33,057 nucleotides of DNA from Paraglomus brasilianum (taxonomy: Eukaryota): assembly GCA_910592345.1 (NCBI GenBank), contig CAJVPI010000364.1, positions 1-33,057 of the forward strand, given 5' to 3'. Positions within the stretch are counted from its first letter, which is position 1; each line of letters starts with the position of its first letter. The position numbers and the translations under genes were made by a program. This document shows, in pieces, positions 23,312 through 33,057 of this stretch. The notes beneath the pieces were generated by a model. That model worked only from the letters and a program-made list of their open reading frames with translations, had not been told where the DNA came from and made no database searches.

Positions 23312-24352
23312 ACAAAGCGAAAATTTTTTTAATGTATATACATTCTATATAACAATTTATCAATCAACCAGGACATTCTGATAGCAGTTTTCGATATATC
23401 AGGCACATTAAATTACAAAGGATCAAAATGCCATTATATTATTGACCATAAAGAATTTCATATCCTCACATAAGAGTACAGTATGTCTTTTGCGGGATGC
23501 TTGCCTCAGTCTCAGACTAATAATAATAATGGTTATTATCAGAAATTAATCCATACGTCGCACAGGCTCGTATATTATTCTTTCATTGGACGCTCAGCCT
23601 CAATAAATAGAAATATTACGAGCTATGCGACGTGTCAGGTTAATTCCTACAATATTCTATTCTCTTCAGGGAAGTAAACGACGATATCAATGACAACAAC
23701 AGCGCTGAAGAAATGCCCTCTTTCTAAGTGCGGATACGGACCTGTGGATGGTAAATCATCGAGGCTTTGAGTATTATCATAGGGAAGCTAGCTTCCTACT
23801 TCTAAAATAACAGACAACGAAGCGATAACAACGAACAGCAATGAGCAATTGCCAACGGCCATGAAGAACACGATGTATAAGAGTGAGTCATGCAATCCGA
23901 AACATCCTCTAGCGCTTGTCGTGTGCCAGAATGCGAAAGAGCCTCTTTCTAATTGCGGAATAGCACCTGTGGGTGGTAGGGGAATGCGCCTGAAGCGTCG
24001 GCCTCATGTCGTACGATTTACGGGAAACTCACAAAAATGTTTGTTTTTATATTCTGCTAATGCTGGAAGAATAATATGACAACAAATTATCACTTTAGCC
24101 AAGAACGACGTGTGTTTGCATTAAATTAAGATATTAGCCATATTAATGTTCACTTTTTAGTAATAGCTTGGTTTAGTAATCGTTTCGTAGCTACTAAATA
24201 AATTTGTTATTAGTATTATCGAAAATTACAAAAACACAGCAATTCACTGCACTCAACTCTTCACACTTTTTCTGCAATTCTCTTGATAAGTACGCGCGGT
24301 TCTAGTGTCAGTATTTACGGCAGAGTTCCTAAAAGCTGGAATCACTTATTAA

Positions 24353-24545
24353 TGTGACAGATTAAAACAAAATCGGATTAAAATGAAAATTTAAAATTTT
24401 TTGGGAGGCAATTTTCTAGGCTATTTTGGGATTTGGGTTGGGATTTAGGGTAACTTTGTTAATATAAGAGTATATGTGGGCTTCAGAGGCATTAAAAGAT
24501 GACACCAAATTTCGTTTTAATCCGATTTTGTTTTAATCTGCCACA
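24353..24545. mobile_element. MITE, 193 bp, with ~38-bp terminal inverted repeats
   Basis: Left TGTGACAGATTAAAACAAAATCGGATTAAAATGAAAATTT versus right reverse complement TGTGGCAGATTAAAACAAAATCGGATTAAAACGAAATTT. Each arm has two GATTAAAA subrepeats. The target-site duplication is ambiguous (TTAA/ATAA). Confidence 0.85.
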
Positions 24546-24942
24546 ATAAATACATTAATATTAGATCGTTTGTTTGTGGAACATCTATTCTATTAGTTAT
24601 TTTAGTCGGACAATTAAAAATCGGTGGAAAAATAATTTTGTCGCTCGAATTAAACTGCAGCGAAGAACATTTGATAAATCTCAATGGAATACAAATGACT
24701 TATTTCCTTCTTTATAATAAAGGGTTGTTGTGGCATACTTACCCTGGAATTACTGATTGTCCAAAGGCTTTTGTAACACACTGTATGTCATAGATATACT
24801 AGCACGGCAGCTCGTTAAAGAGCCTAACACATTCTTCTCTGGGCAACGATCAAGTGCGGTGCAAACGCTTGTTTAATGCTGAATTTTGTAAAGTGTAAAG
24901 TTTTGCGCTTTTACTGGTCACGTTTTATTTAGCTTTACGCGT

Positions 24943-24970
24943 TGGTACAATGGTACAATGGTACAATGGT
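24943..24970. repeat. 8-bp tandem repeat (TGGTACAA) x3.5
   Basis: tggtacaatggtacaatggtacaatggt. Confidence 0.85.
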
Positions 24971-26200
24971 TATATAGCGAATATGCACAAAGAGAATGCA
25001 TGATAATAATATAACACCATAAGCAGATTTGAAATATTTTGATAATGATAACTTGTTGTCTAGACCCAGTTTGGGCGAGTGTAATTGGTACTAAATATAA
25101 TAAAGATCTTGACGTATATACCAGACTAAAGTCTCTCCTCGACAGGGTTCGTAATTGGCGTTGGATGTACTAGACTCGCAATGTTTATTGCAAAGTAAAA
25201 GAGATATCCTAACTGCGTTATTTTGCTTCCTCTGTGCAAGTGTAATACAGAAATCTGCGCAAATACAACTTTAAAATTTAGCAATTACAATGTGCTACAG
25301 AGGTCGTATTTCATCATCGGTACGCCACCGCAGTGTGAACGGAATAATTACATGATTTAAATTTGTAATCGTTAATAAATAATGACATATATCTGAATGC
25401 CTGTTTTAGAATAAATGTATTATTATCTATTACAATGAATATGAATACTTCCAGATACAAGATGTTCGTTCTCAAAATTTACTGGTAAAACGTATGAAAG
25501 AAATTTTGTTCATTGTTCGTAATTTTCGAAATTAATTAATTGGTATTCAGTCTGTTATCGTTTATGAAGTGGCAGTATTTATGAAAATACTTTTAGGGTA
25601 TGCGTATTAGTATTAGTATTAGTATGTGCCATTAACTACCAATTTTACCAAGCAACCAAAGAAAACAATATAATTAATATTAATACTTAATTAAGAAGAA
25701 AAGCACGTTTCTTAGGATCGGGCGAATAAACATGTATTAAAGATCTATTAGGCATTGTGGTCTTTCAAGAATACTAATACGCACTTTATGAAGGTAACCA
25801 ATCAAATATTGAGATTGTGGGATCAGCTGACACCTCATTTTTAATAGTTATTAAAATTGACATTGGAAGAATGCAGCATATGCGCACTATTACTTGTCGA
25901 GATCTTATTGCCAGTGGGACAGATTCCCAGAAGAAATAACGTCTATTTTAATAAGCAGAGATGGTAATGGGTCGGAGGTCTACCACCGAATGGTCACATG
26001 TTTGTGTGATATAAATTTAAATATGGATCACAGTGTATGGTTTACGTCATGGTATCATTATTATTGTAAAGGCATTCCGACGTCCACGTAATATATCGAA
26101 CAGAATAATTACGCAACTGCGGTTTGCGTGGTCAAGACTATATTAACGCCAAGTCACACGTATACTCTTCTCTTTGGCGAAGCCTTTTCTGTTCCTTGAA

Positions 26201-26210
26201 TATATATAAG
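26201..26210 (+). promoter_or_regulatory. Candidate TATA box of the NBR1-like gene
   Basis: TATATATAAG about 110 nt upstream of the ATG at 26319, followed by a pyrimidine-rich leader. Weak evidence in an AT-rich genome. Confidence 0.3.
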
Positions 26211-26318
26211 CTATTATAACTAGCACTTCCAATCACATTCATCTCTCTTGACTTTTTTATTTTCTTGTAATATATTTGTTCTTATTCTCCTTTTTTTATA
26301 TACGAGTCTCTCACAGCC

Positions 26319-29300
26319 ATGTCAACTGTTGGTAATAGAATTGTTCTCAAAGCCTCTTTGCGCACGGGAAATGGCATTGTCTCCCGTCGCATACCAGTTA
26401 GGTATACACCAGACCTTACTTTCGACGAAGTCTATTCGTTGGTATGTATTTAATGTAAACATGTCTGATTCAAAGACTGTTCTTGCACGCATGGGAAACT
26501 TTATTGAAACAAAACCCACCTAACCGTGACTATTTGTCGTTACACTAAAGCTGTCAGAAGTGTATGAAATCGAACACTTCGTCATTTACTATGCTGATGA
26601 GGGCAACGATAGAATACATGTCAAGAGCGACGGAGAATTACGAGACGTTATCGCCCGTTTGAAGGAAACAAATGGCGCAGAAAATAAATTAGTTATAAAA
26701 CTTCAGTTGGAAAAAATATTGAAACCCGAGCCAGTTAGTTCAGTTGCTAATAATACGCCCGGTATTTATTTTATTCCATCATTTCATTTACTTCTTACAC
26801 AGGAAATCGAACATGTGTGTTTTCTGACTTACCAATATTGATTTTTAGTAGACCCGGTTCTTACGCCTGTCTCATATTCCAGCGCGTCTAACGATACAGC
26901 CTCAAATACAGATTGTGATAATGTGGACGACGATCATCCGTTTGAACGCGTAATAAATCATGTCATGAAGAACGTTCAAGACATCATTCAGAATATCGTT
27001 CAGCCGATAAGTGAGTTGTCTGACAACTCTGAAGATCAACAAGAAGAGCAGCAAACAAATGACGTCGCTACCTCTTCAGAATCTGAATTCCCACAGCATT
27101 CATCTACATCCTCAATACCATCTTCGATAACAGAGACACAGGAAGTCGCTCAACCCCCTCCATATTGTTCGATACCTCCTCGAATACCATCACTATCCTC
27201 CCCGCGACCTCCTCGGTATTCCGTAAGAGTAGCCGTTCATCATGGTATTAAATGCGATGTGTGCAATGAGACGATTCGCGGTATGCGCTGGAAGTGTAAG
27301 AATTGCCGAGACTATGACTTGTGTCAACAATGTAAATCAAACCCACCAAGCGTTGGTTTTCATCCGGCTACCCACGAGTTCCAATCTATCCCATATCCTC
27401 TCCATAATGTACGAACGACACAATCCGTCAATATGCACTCGGCTATTTGTGATTTCTGCGAGTCTGTTGTCCTCGGAACCAGGCACAAATGTATAAATTG
27501 TCCTGATTTTGACTTGTGCAGTAATTGTGTTGGTGAGTAGCCTACGTGTCGTAATTTGACGATTTGATGCTGTGTTGTAGATGATAAGCGTTGTTATTAA
27601 CGGCCCGATTATTATTTCGAAATAGCACTTGCTCCAACACAACACCCGAACCACACCTTTATGCAAATCCAACGACCTGGCGAGCCAGAAATAAAAATCC
27701 TTGGTAATGTTCGCATTCACGATTGTTTGCTGTTGTTTGCGTTGATTCTGTAAATCTATTGCTTACTTTCTCCCTGCATAAATTTCTGTTTTGATAGATT
27801 CTGCACAGCACCCGGGAATCAAGTGCGACCACTGCAATAAACAAATCACAGGATTGAGATACAAGGTTAGGCTTTTTCGATGTACACTTTGAAATAAATG
27901 CATGATGCTGATCGTCTATTTATTATTTTTAGTGCGGCAATTGCTCCGATTTTGACCTCTGCGGAAACTGTGAAGCCTCTCCCCTAAATGATCACGATAA
28001 AACTCATGTATTCCTTAAAATACGACGACCTACACCAAATCCCATCATATCACATAAGCCCTTGTTACCAAACCTCTACGTTGTTCAAGAACCAACATCT
28101 TACAAAGGACGCTACGGCTGTTACTCCCGCTGTTATTACCCAAAATCTTCGTCCACTTGTAATGTCTCTTTAGCGTCTTCTCAGATAAATCAACCAGCAA
28201 CTAATTTGACTAACAGTAATGAGCCAGTTGTACCTAATTCGACACCCTCGTCTGTCAAAAGGTTAGTAAATAATCCTAGTTGATGGTTAAACTTGTCCTA
28301 GCGAATAAGAGCCTGATATTTGATCTTACTTTTAGCGGATCCAGCACGAGTAAAGCACCAATAGCCTTATATGACACTAAGGAAACGCATTACAATCCAA
28401 TCGAACCATTATGGCATGCAAGCGTCCCAAGGTCGGCGAACTTGGATAGCCAATCCAGCGAGCAAGAAGTACGAGAACCTTCATCAGGATCCTATAAATC
28501 TCGTTTCTTGGGAGACGTAAATGTGCCAGACAAAACAGTCATGGTACCCCAAGCTCAATTCGTGAAAATTTGGCGCTTGCAAAACGATGGTACGGTTGCA
28601 TGGCCGGAATCGACAATGTTGCAATTTCTTGACGGACATACGATGTTCAATAAATCGCTCAAAGCTGGTGATGACAAATTCAGGCCGAAGTTCCACGTGG
28701 GTGCTGTTGAACCTGGTCAGACTTGTGAAGTTTCTGCTGATTTGCAAGCGCCTGCAGAGCCAGGAGAATATGTCTCGTAAGTTTTCTTTTTCTTTTCTCT
28801 CAGTTATTGGATTGTTTTCCGATTCCCATAAGGGAATTAGAGTTCCTTGTGCTTCTTGCACGAATAGTACACGGATATCTGACTTATAACTCGAATCTGC
28901 TTATTATAACACCTTGTCATTAGTTACTGGCGCCTAGTGGATGGCGAGGGTAACCGTTTTGGCTATCGTGTTTGGTGTGAAATCAATGTCGAGGCAATCG
29001 ATCAATATTCCAGTCTCTCCAGCTCTTCAATGATATTCCCAGTCCTCGACAATCCAGTCTCTGACATATCCAGTTCACGATCTTCCATGACATCAGTTGA
29101 TACTGGACTTCATACGTCTGATGTTGAGAACACGGAGGTCGAACACCTTGATGATGACGACGAAGATGAGGATGACGATCCATTCCGTGATCCTGAAGTT
29201 GAGATATCAATCACAACTGACCAGGACTCCGATGCCGATTCAACAGAGATAGAATCGCAATGTGGATTTGATGCTACGGGTGTTGAGGATTCACTCGATC

Positions 29301-29786
29301 TGTTATACGACTCCAGATACTATACAACCTGTGTGGATTCTGACAACGATGAATTCGTTTTTGTCGATGATTCCGACGACGAAGAAGAGATGGGTGCTTC
29401 CCAGGTGTTGAGTCAAGGTTCTAGCGCAGATGTTGAGCTTCAGGACAACGCAACTCGTGATGAGGTGAGTCATTAGATCAGAAATATTGACGAGGTATGG
29501 GCTGTAACTGTATGATTTGGTATTACAATCAGTTTCTGAAACCGGTGATGTTAATTTAACAATTTCGGAATAGAACTCGAAGTTCGCCAACGAATTGAGA
29601 AAGCTAAAAGAACTGGTATAGTAGAAATCAATAACGCCTGCTTGAAATGATTTAACCAATGATTATTGGGGCTAATTACGAATAATCTGGCTATAGGGTT
29701 TCACGGACCGAGAAAAAAATATCAGATTACTGGAGCTCCATGGCGGGAATCTAAAGCAAGTGGAAGAATTACTGTTTCTTATATGA
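26319..29786 (+). CDS. NBR1: NBR1-type selective autophagy receptor: PB1 - ZZ x3 - FW (NBR1 Ig-like) - acidic region with LIR - UBA, ~868 aa
   Basis: 10 exons: 26319-26441, 26551-26761, 26849-27532, 27626-27703, 27798-27865, 27933-28261, 28336-28776, 28924-29464, 29574-29615, 29697-29786 (2607 nt, in frame). PB1: IVLKA...SRRIP...YYADEGNDRIHVKSDGEL. Three ZZ fingers: CDVC...WKCKNCRDYDLCQQC; CDFC...HKCINCPDFDLCSNC; CDHC...YKCGNCSDFDLCGNC. FW: FLGDVNVPD...FVKIWRLQNDGTVAWP...YVSYWRL...FGYRVWCEINV. LIR: DNDEFVFV. UBA: FANELRKLKELGFTDREKNIRLLELHGGNLKQV. Confidence 0.92.
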
Positions 29787-30750
29787 ACAACATATTGTAT
29801 AAGATTAGTTGACGATTCAATAATACCCATCTTTTGGAACTGTCTTTAATGAATAACTATTTTAAATCACTTTTCTGTTTTCTTGTATTGTTTTTTCCAA
29901 CGAAATAAACCTTTTCGAACACTTGTAGTCGTTTGTGTTGATATCACTGTTGATTTTTTAGCATAATAATGATAATGCGTGTACGTAAGCCTTTGATTCC
30001 TTCGAGTTGATGTTTTCCATCAACAGAGATAAGCATCAATTGGACTTGTGTAAATCGGGAGTAAAGCAAAGTCTAACTATATCGACATTCGCGAGAATTT
30101 TGCATATTATTTTCGCACCAAGACGAGATAGAATCTAGACAGAATTGGTGCCATTCTTTTTATTATCTAACGCATATCTGTCAAAAATCCTAATTATAAT
30201 CAGATTTTCGTGTGTGAGAGTATAAGATTAAAATTAAAACAGTCTTTTTTTCATTAAATAAGCAGTTTCATGGCATCTCACGCTCTTAACAATGATATGT
30301 TTGATTCTTACGTCATTATTATGTCTCTAATTTCCTACTAGTTAACTTCCCTTACCTCTAGCTGTAATATTTATCTCTAAACCAACCATCTCTGGAAGAC
30401 AAATTTCCATTTAGCGTATTTAATACTTACGTACAATAGCTCAATTGTGTATAATAAATTCCAAATGGATTATATTCTCCCGTAGCGAAATTCAGCCGGG
30501 CCGAAATATGCACATTCACTGTCCGAAACAACGACGAAAAACCAACTATCAATAATGGCCAATGAAATCGAGCCATTCGTTGGATTTTAGGGGAATTGGG
30601 GATCTTTTGTGCGTGGGACATCAATGTACTTATTTAGTTAGACTAAGACAATATGTTTTTATAATAATAGTGTGCGCACATAAAAAATCGGCATACTAAT
30701 AATACTACTAATACGCTACATCAAATATTTTATTCGAAGAGTCGAGTAGA

Positions 30751-32339
30751 ATGTCTCCGGAGGATGTAACCACCGAAGACTCGTTTGAAACCAACCAAAA
30801 CTATGTTGGAGATTGCGAGAGAGATCCTCTTCTCGGTGGTCGTGCTCCTCCGAAAAAGAAGTTTAGACTAAAGACCATAGCCAGAGCTCTCCTTTTGGTA
30901 TTATTTGTAGCATTCGTAATAGTCCTAGTAGCGGTGAGTGAAATAGGCATTAATCAATGTGAAGTTATAATTGTATTACAAGAAGAAATGAGTAACGAGT
31001 GGAATTATACATAGGTTTTCCACATACAAGATCACGTAAAAGACGCTCTCAAATATATTGAAGAACACAAAGAGAATGGTATATTGGTATATCTTTCGCT
31101 ATATGTAGCATGCACATGGTTATTCTTGCCAGGGTGAGTGAATTCCACATAAACATTAGCTGGTGTCTTTGGTTATTTCTAGGTCATTGTTTGAAGTTTG
31201 ACAAGCGGAAAGGGTGACACTACCTTTTTTGTTCTACCTCTTCTTACTTATTGCGTGTACCATGTTTACCCAATATTTTAATCAGCTCTCTCTTGAGTAT
31301 AGCTGCCGGGTTCTTGTTCAAGCCTGCTCTTCTGGCAGCAGGCATAATCATACTCGGGGATACAATCAGCGCATTAGGTACTTTTCTCTTTGGGAGATAT
31401 ATTTTCTCGGACTGGGTGCGTGCGCAAGTCGCAAAGAAACCTTTATTTAATGCATTAAATTATGTGATTGCGGATGAAGGTAATTTACATTGAACGAAGC
31501 CATTACATTTTGCAATGGTTGATTCATAGCTCATGGTTGTGATTGCTTTCATTAGGCTGGAAGATTGTTGTCATGCTTAGATTGACACCAATTCCGTTTA
31601 ACATAATCAGTTATTTCTTCTCTGTGAGTTCGATTGACGTAAGTATATGAGTAGTTACTACTAGATTGTGTTACTACTAGCATGATTAAGGGACTCGACA
31701 TTGAAATCAACGTTTGTTTGTTTGTTTTTTTTTTAAGCTTTTCTCTTTTTTGTGGGCCACCGCTCTTGGCGTGCTGCCAGGAACTTTTAATGCTGTATGG
31801 ATTGGGACGCTGGTCAAGAACTTGAGTGGGATTGATAAACCAAAGTTGGAGAATCAAGGTCGGTGTACGTGATATATATTTGCATTCAATTCATCGGATA
31901 TTAATATGTATCATCGACTATTATAGATATCGTGATCATTGCTATGAATTTCATTCTCGCTAGTTGTGGTGTAATAGCATTATCTATGGTTGGTAAACGT
32001 TCCACGAGGAGAGCAATGGTTATGTTAGAAGCCTCGAAAGAGCAGCCGAGGATAAACGAAGATGCTGTCGATATCGTTGAATCTTCTGGTAAGAATCTGT
32101 TCGAAATATGGGTTGTGTAATTAGAACAACTATGTCAACACGTACTTACTATTGGACTTATCGTTTAAACAGCGTCGGCAGGGCTCCTTGTTGAGGAAGA
32201 CTCGCGACAGAATATACGTGGTGGATTTACCAGAACTGAAAAGATGATATTTTACTTCATTATTGCTATTGCGATACTAGATGTTCTTATATGCGTTCCC
32301 TTGTATTTTTATTATAAATCAATGTCTACGAGACATTGA
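30751..32339 (+). CDS. TVP38: TVP38/TMEM64-family (VTT/DedA, SNARE-associated Golgi) membrane protein, ~342 aa
   Basis: 7 exons: 30751-30933, 31015-31133, 31286-31479, 31556-31638, 31738-31858, 31927-32088, 32173-32339 (1029 nt, in frame). Motifs LFLPGSLLSIAAGFLF, TFLFGRY, GWKIVVMLRLTPIPFNIISY, FLWATALGVLPG. Confidence 0.9.
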
Positions 32340-32744
32340 ATTAGACTTGTTAAGGTTATTGTATTGATTGCATGTATTATAGCTTCTTCTTTGTCTACCA
32401 ATGGGCTTTACATATTATGGTAATAGATGATATTACAATAACGTTCCCGGTGTACATACGGATATTAATTGAATTGTCAAGTTGGAAAAGGAATCGCTGA
32501 GGTCTTGGGTTTCGAGAAAATATCAGCGTTGATTCAAAACTGGAAGAAGGCAAAGCGTCAGAATCTTTCGTACCTTTAGCAATTGGGTGATTGTTTTCAA
32601 AAATTTCGACTTACGGTTTAAAATCCTGAAATCTACAATATTTGGCTAAAGAAATGTAACCGAGACAACACATTTACATACACCGACTTTTGGAACGCTT
32701 CCCGTAATAAGCATTTTATCCGTTAAAATAAGCGCAACCGATTT

Positions 32745-32983
32745 TCAATTGTTCGCCTGCATTATGTGACCCATAACTTGTGATAATGAGCGTGCATAGC
32801 TTGGCAAATCTCTATTTCTGAGAACCTTTAACTGAGATTTTTAATTATCCCTCACAATAGTTTGATGAACCGAGAGCTTTTTATAAAAAATAATACGATT
32901 ATTACTCCGGTTTTCACAATCTTTGATGGGTTATTGTTTGCGTTAGTCTTTAATCCAGAAAAGTTGACGAAATGGCATTCACC
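32745..32983 (-). CDS. Possible last exons of a minus-strand gene that begins beyond the window (unknown product)
   Basis: A branch point GACTAAC and acceptor TTTCAAG precede a 78-nt open exon at 32983-32906 (GECHFVNFSGLKTNANNNPSKIVKTG). A 74-nt GT-AG intron follows, then 32831-32745 (LKVLRNRDLPSYARSLSQVMGHIMQANN*). I recognise no homology. Confidence 0.3.
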
Positions 32984-33057
32984 CTTGAAATTGAATCCAA
33001 TATGAATAAATAAAGTTAGTCTTTACTATGCATATCGTATCCCATATAGGTTCAAGT

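Noticed and set aside
24735..24748. ATACTTACCCTGG resembling the U1 snRNA 5' end
   Set aside because: No loop I (GAUCANGAAG), loop II (AUUGCAC) or Sm site follows. It is more simply a minus-strand donor-like GTAAGTAT from an unidentified remnant.
25305..25925. FIIGTPPQ (~25310-25333) and LIASGT (~25905) resembling aspartic protease motifs
   Set aside because: There is no DTGS catalytic motif and no connecting reading frame. At best it is an unrecognisable relic, and possibly chance.
32680..32747. Frame continuing past the TGA at 32745 to a GTATGT donor (possible selenocysteine or readthrough)
   Set aside because: No redox motif, no SECIS found, and the implied next intron is implausibly short. 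The underlying gene model is itself weak.

Overview
AT-rich, intron-rich eukaryotic DNA, most consistent with an early-diverging fungus (Mucoromycota/Glomeromycotina-like; this is inferred from gene content, short GT-AG introns and transposon debris). I assembled eight protein-coding genes by hand from splice sites: a Gap1/Sar1-type RasGAP (11 exons, -), an RGS-domain protein (3 exons, +), a TPR-like/family-16 methyltransferase fusion (2 exons, -), a 221-aa orphan with a possible SLX4-MLR-like motif (-), TM9SF3 (15 exons including an 18-nt microexon, -), a small secreted, probably GPI-anchored protein (2 exons, -), an NBR1-type autophagy receptor PB1-ZZx3-FW-LIR-UBA (10 exons, +) and a TVP38/TMEM64 VTT-family protein (7 exons, +). 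The window also holds a decayed Sola-like transposase, a degraded intron-containing pseudogene, two MITE-like elements and several tandem repeats. The main unexplained signal is a ~430-nt multi-branched RNA fold just downstream of the RasGAP stop codon (2643-3074). Its non-Watson-Crick positions are almost all G-U wobbles on the RasGAP sense strand only, which suggests a selected 3'UTR element or ncRNA that I cannot assign to a known family. All calls come from manual reading; no searches or folding programs were run.
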